From positions 3,104,001 to 3,168,000 of the forward strand of contig OZ253442.1 in NCBI GenBank assembly GCA_965261085.1: a DNA stretch of 64,000 nt, written 5' to 3'. Shown one piece after another: positions 29,716 to 37,484 of this stretch. The notes under the pieces were generated by a model. The model did no database searches. It was not told the origin of the DNA and worked only from the letters and a program-made list of their open reading frames with translations. Numbering within the stretch: position 1 is the first letter of the stretch; each line of letters starts with the position of its first letter. The translations under genes and the position numbers were made by a program. This stretch comes from a bacterium (GTDB lineage: Bacteria > UBA8248).

Positions 29716-30660
29716 ATGCCAATACCAGGTTGGCAGGATTGTATGCTCCCGGCGCTTGAGGCTCTTGGCGATGGAAAGGAAGCGCACAAAAACAGCGTGA
29801 TTGAAAGGGCGGCCCGTTCCCTGAAAATTACGCCTGTCGAACTTAAAGAAGAATACTCCCGTTCGCGTAATCCGATATTCGCCAATCGCGTTGGTTGGGC
29901 GATAACAGACTTGAAATTCGCCGGGTTGATAAAAAGCCCGCGCCGGGGCGTGTTCCAAATTACGGAGGAAGGCCGGAAACTGTTGGATGATCGGCCCTCT
30001 CAGGTCAACGTTAAATTTCTCATGAAGAACTATGAGCTATATCGGAAATCGCAAACAAAGGATGCGAAGCTGGCACGCTCAAGAAAGACGCGGAAAATAG
30101 AGGATGTGGAGACGACCATAGAAGCCGGCACACCCGAAGAACGAATTGAGCAAGCCGCCGAAGAAATCAGAGCGGCGCTCGAACGTGAACTCCTGGAGAG
30201 AATCCATTGCGCTCCGCCTGATTTTTTTGAAAGACTGGTGGTCGATCTCCTTGAGGCGATGGGTTATGGCGTAGGCGAACACGAGGGAAGGCCTGGAGAC
30301 GGAGGAGTGGACGGCAAGATTCGGGAAGATGCCCTAGGCCTCGATGAGGTCTATGTTCAGGCGAAAAGATACGCTCCGAAAAACAGCGTAGGAAGTCAGG
30401 AGATAGACGCATTCGCCGGGGCGCTCGACATCAAGGGAACCAACAAAGGGGTTTTCTTCACCACTTCGACCTTCTCACCCGCCGCCCGGAGACACGCCGA
30501 GGCAAGCTCCAAAAAGATTGTGCTCATAGATGGAGAAGAACTCGCCAGCCTCATGGCGCGGCATTCAGTTGGGGTGCGCGAGAGTGAAGGCATCGCCTTG
30601 GTGATCGAGCATGTGAAGCGCATTGATGAGGATTATTTCGATTTAGAGGGTGGCTCGTAG
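29716..30660 (+). CDS. mrr: Mrr family type IV restriction endonuclease
   Basis: Mrr_N (MPIP..Q..MLP.L...DG, F.NRVGWA...L..AGLI), FFERLVVDLL..MGYG, DGGVDG.I..D.LGLD.VYVQAKRY, KGVFFTTS.F, LIDG.EL. RBS GAGGAG. Confidence 0.93.
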   Translation: MPIPGWQDCMLPALEALGDGKEAHKNSVIERAARSLKITPVELKEEYSRSRNPIFANRVGWAITDLKFAGLIKSPRRGVFQITEEGRKLLDDRPSQVNVKFLMKNYELYRKSQTKDAKLARSRKTRKIEDVETTIEAGTPEERIEQAAEEIRAALERELLERIHCAPPDFFERLVVDLLEAMGYGVGEHEGRPGDGGVDGKIREDALGLDEVYVQAKRYAPKNSVGSQEIDAFAGALDIKGTNKGVFFTTSTFSPAARRHAEASSKKIVLIDGEELASLMARHSVGVRESEGIALVIEHVKRIDEDYFDLEGGS

Positions 30661-30716
30661 GTTTACAGTTGGGATTGAGTGGCTGGTTATGTGGGCTTGA
30701 GTTAGAAGGATAGCGA

Positions 30717-31304
30717 ATGAAAAAACCACAAATGGAAGATCCTGATGACTTGCCCGATTCTCTTTGGGAAGCCATCAATGGGCGGCTTTGGCATGCGACC
30801 TCGACCGAGGGGCTAAAAGGAATATTGGAAGCCGGGAAAATAAGAATAGGCAATCGCTACAAGAACGCGTTGTGTCGTCACTTAGGCTGTGTAAGCCTCT
30901 TTGATTTCGGGCCGACTGCAAAGCATTACGAAGGCCAGTTTAACAACTGGTGGGGTTGGTTCGGTCATCAGCAAGATTCAACAATGGCCGTATGGCTTGA
31001 GATTGATCGTGTTGCCACGGCCAACAAAGTTTATGACGCAGGGGAAATACATAGAATTTCGAAAGACAATCTCAAGAAACAGTTGATCCCCGGAGTGGAA
31101 GCTGGCCATAAAGGCCCAATTCCCCTTGATGTCTTGAAAAGCGCGTTGCTGATCTACCGATATGATTTGAATAGGTTCAAGCGTTTCGAGGAAGTTGATG
31201 AAGTCCTTATCCGCCAAGCAATTGATTTTAAAAAATCGTTGCCTCCACCTCCTCCGCTTCATCCTCTAGAAATTGCTCGAAGACTCTCAGCATCGAAATC
31301 ATAA
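30717..31304 (+). CDS. Hypothetical protein with ADP-ribosyltransferase-like N-terminal signature
   Basis: 195-aa ORF containing LWHATS..GL.GIL..G.I...VSLFD...GVE; lies directly downstream of mrr. Confidence 0.55.
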   Translation: MKKPQMEDPDDLPDSLWEAINGRLWHATSTEGLKGILEAGKIRIGNRYKNALCRHLGCVSLFDFGPTAKHYEGQFNNWWGWFGHQQDSTMAVWLEIDRVATANKVYDAGEIHRISKDNLKKQLIPGVEAGHKGPIPLDVLKSALLIYRYDLNRFKRFEEVDEVLIRQAIDFKKSLPPPPPLHPLEIARRLSASKS

Positions 31305-31484
31305 AAACAAGGTAAACTAAAAGTAATATACAATGTGTGGACACGGGGGTCTCGTCCTAAACCACCTGCTCGATTTCGGAATTTCGCCCTTGTCTTATCG
31401 TCGGATTCCCGTGGAGGAAGAAAAACAAAGCCTCGAGGGGGAGAAAATAAAAACTCCTCACATGAAGCGCATTTGACTCCTCCC

Positions 31485-31643
31485 TCAAACAGGAATGTAC
31501 GCCCCTCTAAATTCCAGCAGATCATCACGCCGGGGGCTGAAAATCTGGAGGTACTGGGAGCCGTCCTCAAGCGCCTTGAGCCATTGCTCGACGTTCGACT
31601 TGCGCACCGCCACATCGCCCGCGCCGACTTCACGCGCGCCTTC
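31485..31643 (-). pseudogene. 3' fragment of a cupin gene paralogous to 33532..33906
   Basis: EGAREVGAGDVAVRKSNVEQWLKALEDGSQYLQIFSPRRDDLLEFRGAYIPV* versus EREVGAGEVVVCKSNVEHWLKALEDGSQDLQIFSPRRDDLMEFTGAYIPV*. An upstream in-frame stop and no N-terminus. Confidence 0.85.
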
Positions 31644-31695
31644 GCGAGTCTCTTTTCATGGTTCGCGAATCATCGCCTACTTGCCGGGCAATACC

Positions 31696-32127
31696 TTAGG
31701 GCATCACCTTAATCGAGATGGTCGCCGACCACTTCTTGCCGTAGGAGCGGTGCAGGCCGTCGGCGAACTGCATCGTGAGCGTATAATCCCCGGGAGCAAG
31801 CTTGAGAGACGCTTCCGTCTGTCCCTTCCCGTAGTGCGGGTGCATGGCGTCGGTGGGTATCACCTTGCCTTTGCGCATGGAACCTCCGTTGATGATAATG
31901 TGATGATGCCCCGTTCCCTTCACCACGCCGCCCGAGGGCTTGATGGTCATGCCCGCAACGCCCATCGCGACTTTCACGGGGCTTTTCACCTGCGCCCCGT
32001 CTTTGGGCTCGACGAAGAAGACCCCATCTTTCATCTCTTTCTTCTCGGCCCCTTGCGCATATCCCGCAAACGCCAGAACCGCCGCGAATCCTAATGCGAA
32101 CAACCCGAAGAACACCCGTCTGCTCAT
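31696..32127 (-). CDS. DUF4399 domain exported protein
   Basis: Signal peptide; VFFVEPKDGA.V, TGHHHIII, HYGKGQTE..L.L.PG.YTLTMQFADG.H. RBS AAGGAG. Confidence 0.88.
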   Translation of the reverse strand: MSRRVFFGLFALGFAAVLAFAGYAQGAEKKEMKDGVFFVEPKDGAQVKSPVKVAMGVAGMTIKPSGGVVKGTGHHHIIINGGSMRKGKVIPTDAMHPHYGKGQTEASLKLAPGDYTLTMQFADGLHRSYGKKWSATISIKVMP

Positions 32128-32362
32128 TTCGAACTCCTTTCCGGCTCCCGCTAGAAGAGCCTTGAAAAATACGCGAAGGGCGATACGCCCGGAAGTGATT
32201 CGAGAAATCCGCATCAGTATATCGCAAAGAGAGTCCGAGTCCATGAAATACTCGCATCGCTCCTCCCTTGAGAGTCAAATCCGACCGGGGCGGGAGGGGG
32301 TTTGCGATTTTTGTCGGAATGATGGCAGAGGGCTCCCCGATCTTCGCGAGAGGAATTGCTTG

Positions 32363-32453
32363 TTGTAGGGGTCGCATATATGCGACCCGGCTTTTTCGCC
32401 TTCCGTCCTTGGGCCGCATATATGTGTGGCGGACATATATGTCCGACCTACAA
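32363..32453. repeat. GTAG-type REP doublet (REPIN/BIME-like)
   Basis: TTGTAGG-GGTCGCATATATGCGACC ... CGGACATATATGTCCG-ACCTACAA: inverted GTAG-led palindromes with a CATATATG core, plus a third partial unit between them. Confidence 0.7.
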
Positions 32454-32471
32454 GTCAATACCGATCGAGGA

Positions 32472-32662
32472 GGGGTTGTTGAAAAAGACCCCTTTTTAGA
32501 GAGTAGAGGGGACACCCCTTTCGACTGGTAAAAGCAACCCCCCTGCCCCCCTTGTCAGGGGGGTAAAGGCGATGCCCCCCGACGAGGGGGTGGAAGAAAA
32601 GCCCCCCTGACAAGGGGGGACAGGGGGGTTACTCCCTTGACAAAGGCTTTTTCAACAGCCCC
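32472..32662. mobile_element. MITE, 191 bp, non-autonomous
   Basis: TIRs GGGGTTGTTGAAAAAG / CTTTTTCAACAGCCCC (15/16 match); 5-bp GAGGA target duplication at 32467-32471 and 32663-32667; long internal inverted repeat; no ORF. Confidence 0.82.
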
Positions 32663-32735
32663 GAGGAATGAGGAATTGACCCTCAAGGGGGGCGTGATTA
32701 GAACCGTGTATCCTCCAATTTTCCCGGAGCGGCCA

Positions 32736-33500
32736 TCACTCGCGCGCGCCGCGCGTTTTCAGTACCCGTATCACTTCTTCGAAGGGCGCCTTGTTTCCCT
32801 GGTTCGCTTGCACCTGAAAGCGGGCTGCTCCCAGGGGCGTCTGCCCGCGCTCGTCTTTCGCGTTCACGTCCGCACCCGCATCGAGCAGGGTCTGCGCGGC
32901 GGCCGCCCCTCCACCGAAAGCCGCCAAGTGAAGCGGGGTCCTTCCGTGCTCATCGTCCTTTTCCCCTATCTTCGCACCGCCCTTGAGCAGCACCTTGACT
33001 GCCGCTACTTGTCCGTTTCCCGCCGCGATGTGGAGCGGCGTCATCCCAAGCCTGTCTTTCGCGTTCACCTCCGCCCCGCCCGAGAGCAGAGCCTCCATGC
33101 TCGCCGCGCGTCCTTTTATCGCGGCCCCGTGAAGAGCGGTCGATTCCTGGTTGTCCCTCCCGTTGGGCTCGGCCCCGCCGCGCAACAAAGCCTCGACCGC
33201 CGCCTTGTGTCCCTGAAACGCCGCCCAATCGAGCGGGGCCTTTCCTATCTTGTCTCTCAAATTCGCGTCCGCACCGCCGGCGACGAGCGTCTCGATGCCC
33301 GCTGCGCGCCCCTTGATGGCCGCAAGGTGAAGCGGGGTCATCCCCACGTGGTTGCGCGCGTTCGCGTCCGCCCCGCCTGAAAGCAGGGTTTTAATCTGGG
33401 CCACCTCGCCCTTGAACGCCGCCCCGTGAAGCGGAGCCGCCAGCGCGGGGGAGGCCCACAGGCAAATCGCAAGAGCCACAAAAATCAATCGGCGGAGCAT
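32736..33500 (-). CDS. Secreted ankyrin repeat protein
   Basis: Signal peptide (WASPALA), then about 6 repeats of the type G.TPLH.AA..G....V..LL..GA..NA.D. Confidence 0.93.
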   Translation of the reverse strand: MLRRLIFVALAICLWASPALAAPLHGAAFKGEVAQIKTLLSGGADANARNHVGMTPLHLAAIKGRAAGIETLVAGGADANLRDKIGKAPLDWAAFQGHKAAVEALLRGGAEPNGRDNQESTALHGAAIKGRAASMEALLSGGAEVNAKDRLGMTPLHIAAGNGQVAAVKVLLKGGAKIGEKDDEHGRTPLHLAAFGGGAAAAQTLLDAGADVNAKDERGQTPLGAARFQVQANQGNKAPFEEVIRVLKTRGARE

Positions 33501-33531
33501 AATATACCCTCCGTATCCAGGGGGCCGTCCA

Positions 33532-33906
33532 TCACACCGGAATGTACGCCCCGGTGAACTCCATCAAATCATCCCGCCGGGGGCTGAAAATCTGAAGGTC
33601 CTGGGAGCCGTCTTCCAGGGCCTTGAGCCAGTGCTCTACGTTTGATTTGCACACCACCACCTCGCCCGCGCCCACCTCGCGCTCCTCCTCACCCTCGACG
33701 CGGAACAAAAAGCGCCCGCGCTGGATGAAGGACATCTGCTCGTGGGGATGTTTGTGGGCGGCGACCTCCGAGCCTTCCGAGAAGGTCCACAGCGCGAGCG
33801 TCTGGTTCTCGCCCACTATCATCTGGAGTTCGATGACGCTCTCGGGCGGAATGTTCTCGTGGATGATGCGCATCCGGGGAATATCGTTCCATCGCTGAAA
33901 GATCAT
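33532..33906 (-). CDS. Cupin domain protein
   Basis: HKHPHEQ...G...F.V, SNVEH, IFSP.RDD. Confidence 0.9.
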   Translation of the reverse strand: MIFQRWNDIPRMRIIHENIPPESVIELQMIVGENQTLALWTFSEGSEVAAHKHPHEQMSFIQRGRFLFRVEGEEEREVGAGEVVVCKSNVEHWLKALEDGSQDLQIFSPRRDDLMEFTGAYIPV

Positions 33907-33994
33907 GGCTCCCTCCTTTTGGTTGAAAGAACGCGAGGACTCTCGGCAGGATGTTTTTACTTTGGCTCGGCGTCAAGCGAATACCACTCCTACC

Positions 33995-34444
33995 TCACGT
34001 CTGTGCGCGCGTCCACGGGTCGATGACGGGGACGCCGGTGTTGCGGAACTCTCTCCGGTTGCGCGTGATGAGAGTAAGCCCTCGGGAAAGGGCCATTCCG
34101 GCGAGCATGGCGTCCGGTAGATGGTCGTCGAGAGGTTCGCCCCGCCTGCGTTTTTTCTCCATCACGCGGGCGCACGCCCGAGCGTCGGCGAGAGTCCAAT
34201 TGAGCACGCGCTCCTCGAACAAATCTTCGAGAATGCCCTGAAACCGCTCGGCAAGCTCCTCACGCCTTCGGCTCGGCTGAAGACGCCCGACTCCGTCGAG
34301 TATCTCCCAGACGGTAATGGAGGCGAGAGCGATTCCCTCTCCGGCAATTGCGTCGATACAGACCACGACCTTCGGCTCCGGGTTCGGGCGCATCATTTCA
34401 GAGACGACATTGGTGTCGAGCAGATAGGTAAGAGGCTCGTTCAC
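33995..34444 (-). CDS. vapC: Type II toxin, PIN domain (VapC/FitB)
   Basis: YLLDTNVVSE.MRP.P, DAMLAG.A....L.L.TRN.R.F, IDPW. Confidence 0.92.
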   Translation of the reverse strand: MNEPLTYLLDTNVVSEMMRPNPEPKVVVCIDAIAGEGIALASITVWEILDGVGRLQPSRRREELAERFQGILEDLFEERVLNWTLADARACARVMEKKRRRGEPLDDHLPDAMLAGMALSRGLTLITRNRREFRNTGVPVIDPWTRAQT

Positions 34445-34698
34445 GCCTCCTCCCCATCACCCAGGTCGAGCGGGCGGTAGCCATAGCGGACGGGTGGCGG
34501 CAGTTCCACCCCGTGCTCCGGCCCGAAAAACCGCTTGAATACCTCCGAGGGTTTTGCGCGGCTTTCAGTCTTTTCGCGTCTTTCGTGGATGAGACGGCGA
34601 ACGAACTCCTCCATCGAGACCCCGAGCCGCCGCGCTTCTCTTTTGATCCAGGCCTTGTCCCCTTCATCCATATTCCGAACGGTAATAGCTGTGCTCAT
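34441..34698 (-). CDS. FitA-like ribbon-helix-helix antitoxin
   Basis: ITVRNMDE..K..I...A...G.SMEE.VR..I, FG.EHGVEL; 4-nt overlap with the toxin gene. Confidence 0.85.
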   Translation of the reverse strand: MSTAITVRNMDEGDKAWIKREARRLGVSMEEFVRRLIHERREKTESRAKPSEVFKRFFGPEHGVELPPPVRYGYRPLDLGDGEEA

Positions 34699-34747
34699 CG
34701 AATGGTCTCCTTCTCCCGTATTCAAGCACAATATCAACCGAACGAAA

Positions 34748-34768
34748 TGCTAGCATATTTTGCTATCA
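34748..34768. promoter_or_regulatory. Putative FitA operator
   Basis: TGCTAGCA-N5-TGCTATCA about 50 bp upstream of the antitoxin ATG; TGCTATCA matches the FitA half-site I recall from Neisseria. Confidence 0.55.
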
Positions 34769-34794
34769 CAGGCAAAAGCGCATTTTCCCTACCC

Positions 34795-36000
34795 CTACCC
34801 CACACCCTCGCCCGCCATGAAGCGCGAGATTTCCTCCTCCGGCCAGCCGAGCCATTCACCGAGCACTTCGGCGGTGTGCTCACCCAGCAGGGGCGGCGGC
34901 TTCACCTCGGCCTGAGCACCACTCATGATCCACGGCGCGCCCACCACGCGAATCTCACCCGATACGGGGTGTTCGACTTCTTTGATGAGGCCCCGGTGCG
35001 CGATTTGGGGGTCTGAGAGCGCGCGCGTGTAGTCGTTCACCGGGGAGAAGCCCACGCGCTCGGCTTCTAAGCGCTGCTCCCATTCGGCCATCGTGCGCGA
35101 GGCGAAAATCTTGGACACCCGCTCGTTGATGGCGTCCCGGTTCGCCACGCGCGCCCGCGCGGTGGAAAAGCGCGGGTCCTCCAACCAGTCCTCCACCCCC
35201 AGCGCGCGGCAAAAGCCCGGCCAGAAGCCGTCGTGCTGCACGATGACGGTCACGTACTCCCCATCGCTCGTTTTATAGGTGTTCGCGGGCACGCGCATGG
35301 GGTTCTGGTTCCCGTGCCGACTGGGCGCGACGCCCGCCTGGAGCGTCTCGCCCATGCGCGGCCCAAGAGCCGCCACCATGGCGTCCTGAATGCTCACGTC
35401 GATGTAGCGCCCCGCGCCCTCGCGCCGCACCGCATGAAGCGCGCTCACGATGGCGTAGGCGGAGAACATGCCCGCCAGCACGTCGGCGAGCGGTGCGCCT
35501 ATCTGGGTGGGGTCCTCCATGCCCGTCACGCTCATGACGCCCGAGACGGCCTGTAGAATCGGGTCGATCCCCACGCGGTCGCGGTAGGGGCCGCTTTGGC
35601 CGAAGCCCGAGAGCGAGCAATAGACGATTTTGTGGTTCATCGCGCGCGCATCCTCCCAGCCGAGGCCGAGTTCGGCCAGCTTGCCGGGCGCCATGTTCTC
35701 GATGAGCGCGTCCGCCTCCCCCGCCAGGGCGCGCACGGCGTCCCTGCCCGCGCTCGTCTTCATGTTGATGGCGACGCTTTTTTTCGAGCGGTTGTTCGCA
35801 TAGAAATAATCCTCGTGTTCCTCGCGATCCTTGTAGCGGGTGATGCGGCGCGTGTCGTCCCCGAAACCGGGGCGTTCTATCTTCACCACCTCGGCCCCCA
35901 TGTCGGCCAGCATGGTGGCGCAGAAAGGACCCGCGATGACCTGGGTGAAATCCAGCACCCGGAACCCGCTCAGGGGTGCTGCTGCTTCTGGTTCGGACAT
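34795..36000 (-). CDS. Family III CoA-transferase (CaiB/BaiF)
   Basis: LSGFRVLDFTQVIAGP, LADMGAEVVKIE.P..GD, NRSKKS, ADVLAG (catalytic Asp), PPLLGEHT. Confidence 0.95.
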   Translation of the reverse strand: MSEPEAAAPLSGFRVLDFTQVIAGPFCATMLADMGAEVVKIERPGFGDDTRRITRYKDREEHEDYFYANNRSKKSVAINMKTSAGRDAVRALAGEADALIENMAPGKLAELGLGWEDARAMNHKIVYCSLSGFGQSGPYRDRVGIDPILQAVSGVMSVTGMEDPTQIGAPLADVLAGMFSAYAIVSALHAVRREGAGRYIDVSIQDAMVAALGPRMGETLQAGVAPSRHGNQNPMRVPANTYKTSDGEYVTVIVQHDGFWPGFCRALGVEDWLEDPRFSTARARVANRDAINERVSKIFASRTMAEWEQRLEAERVGFSPVNDYTRALSDPQIAHRGLIKEVEHPVSGEIRVVGAPWIMSGAQAEVKPPPLLGEHTAEVLGEWLGWPEEEISRFMAGEGVG

Positions 36001-36139
36001 CTCTCCCTCAACGTATGAAACCGGCGCGACGTAAGGCGGAAGACCTCATCGCCCCGGCTTATTCATAGATAGATGAATATGAAAACTATATTGTTATGCT
36101 CGCGATGCGCGCCCTAGCGCGCATGGTGCCCGGGGCCGG
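35984..36139. repeat. Left copy of an imperfect ~150-bp direct repeat (caiB 5' end, its leader, and the tRNA 3' end); att-like
   Basis: 35984-36063 is identical to 37009-37088 (80 bp). 36113-36139 is identical to 37127-37153 (27 bp, including the last 16 nt of tRNA-Leu). Confidence 0.9.
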
Positions 36140-36433
36140 TACATCGAACCATTGAATTCATTGACGCCTGACCATTTTTTAGTATCTTTTACCCTTTATT
36201 TACCCGCGATATAGTTAGACAAAAGTGTCAAGTTCGATTCCACACTATAAAGGGCCGATCTCCGCCGCGCCAGCCGCCGCCCGTTTTCAACCAAAAGAAA
36301 AACCCCCTTTGACACGATCACACGAGGGGTTTTTTGCCGCTCAAAATGGATGGATTTTTGAGCATCAATCGCGTATAGTTCTCGACGGAATAAGGTGTTT
36401 GCGTTTGCTCACCGCCCGTTTTTGAGGTGACCA

Positions 36434-36892
36434 ATGAACAGCATGGAAGTTTTTGGAAGAGTTGCGGCCAGCCCTGCCATGGAAGATTTTGGAAGAGTTG
36501 CGGCCAGCCCTGCCATGAAAGTTTTTGGAAGAGTTGCGGCCAGCCCTGCCATGAAAGTTTTTGGAAGAATTGCGGCCAGCCCTACCATGGAAGTTTTTGG
36601 AAGAGTTGCGGCCAGCCCTACCATGGAAGTTTTTGGAAGAGTTGCGAGACATACAGAAGTTTTCAGAAAGATGGCGAGAGATGCGAAAGCGCACAACGAA
36701 GCTATCAGCAAGATGGCGAGAGATGCGAAAGTTCGCAGAGTTACGTTTGCATCTAGTCCGCCTACCAGAAGGGCGGCGGTTGTATACCAAGGCCTTGACG
36801 AAAAAGCGTTACATACAAAATTAGCCCAAGAAGAGAGAAAATTTGGTGCGGATTATCCAGATGCACGCTCTCAAACGGGTTTTCTTCAATAA
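36434..36892 (+). CDS. Hypothetical protein with 12-aa tandem repeats (MEVFGRVAASPA)
   Basis: RBS GAGGTG then ATG; about 5.7 copies of a 36-bp unit, followed by KMARDAK twice. Confidence 0.55.
   Translation: MNSMEVFGRVAASPAMEDFGRVAASPAMKVFGRVAASPAMKVFGRIAASPTMEVFGRVAASPTMEVFGRVARHTEVFRKMARDAKAHNEAISKMARDAKVRRVTFASSPPTRRAAVVYQGLDEKALHTKLAQEERKFGADYPDARSQTGFLQ
36443..36646 (+). repeat. 36-bp tandem repeat, about 5.7 copies
   Basis: Units ATGGAAGTTTTTGGAAGAGTTGCGGCCAGCCCTGCC start at 36443, 36479, 36515, 36551, 36587 and 36623; no spacers. Confidence 0.95.
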
Positions 36893-37137
36893 TCTCCACA
36901 TTCCCTTTTCAAAAAATGTCTAATGAGTGCGAACGAGCGAAGCGTGAGACCCAGCAAGCAAAGAAAAACCCCTACATGACACGATCAAGTGGGGGTTTTG
37001 CTTTTTCCGCTTCTGGTTCGGACATCTCTCCCTCAACGTATGAAACCGGCGCGACGTAAGGCGGAAGACCTCATCGCCCCGGCTTATTGGACAACTGATA
37101 AACGAAGGCTACATCCTGGAAGTGCGCCTAGCGCGCA

Positions 37138-37223
37138 TGGTGCCCGGGGCCGGACTCGAACCGGCACGGCCTCTCGGCCAAGGGATTTTAAGTCCCTAGT
37201 GTCTACCATTCCACCACCCGGGC
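37138..37223 (-). tRNA. tRNA-Leu (TAA)
   Basis: GCCCGGGTGGTGGAATGGTAGACACTAGGGAC-TTAAAA-TCCCTTGGCCGAGAGGCCGTGCCGGTTCGAGTCCGGCCCCGGGCACCA: long variable arm, GGTTCGA T-loop, encoded CCA. Confidence 0.97.
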
Positions 37224-37484
37224 AGGTGTGGGGAGAATACCCCACCAAGCGGCGTTTCCGCCACTTTGATACTTCTCGAGAGGGGGGGGGAAACTCCCAA
37301 AGGAAGCGGGAGGGCCCGCGCCCATATTCCGCAAGAGAGAAAAAGGCCGCGAGCGTGAGAATCAAGCCCCGCGCGCCGCGGCCCTAATAATTGGGAGAGA
37401 TTGATTCCTAACCCGTGTATCTCACCTCATGAAGTCCCGGAACTATCACCAGCAGGAACGCCGCCGAGCAGACAAGTATGAATG

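Larger units (their letters stand above)
36140..37008. mobile_element. Small integrase-less islet at tRNA-Leu 3' end
   Basis: Lower GC by eye; bounded by duplicated tRNA 3' end and flank; TTTACCC direct repeats (36188, 36199) next to the att-like site; two related hairpins flank a single ORF. Confidence 0.65.

Noticed and set aside
29193-29885. 230-aa ORF as an intact gene
   Set aside because: Only the last ~140 aa are LivM-like; the N-terminal part is antisense to mrr and its leader.
36443-36646. 36-bp repeats as a CRISPR array
   Set aside because: Units are contiguous with no unique spacers and no cas genes are present; it is a tandem repeat.
37138-37223. tRNA-Sec supporting the UGA at 9081
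   Set aside because: The anticodon is TAA with a normal 7-bp acceptor stem, so this is tRNA-Leu.
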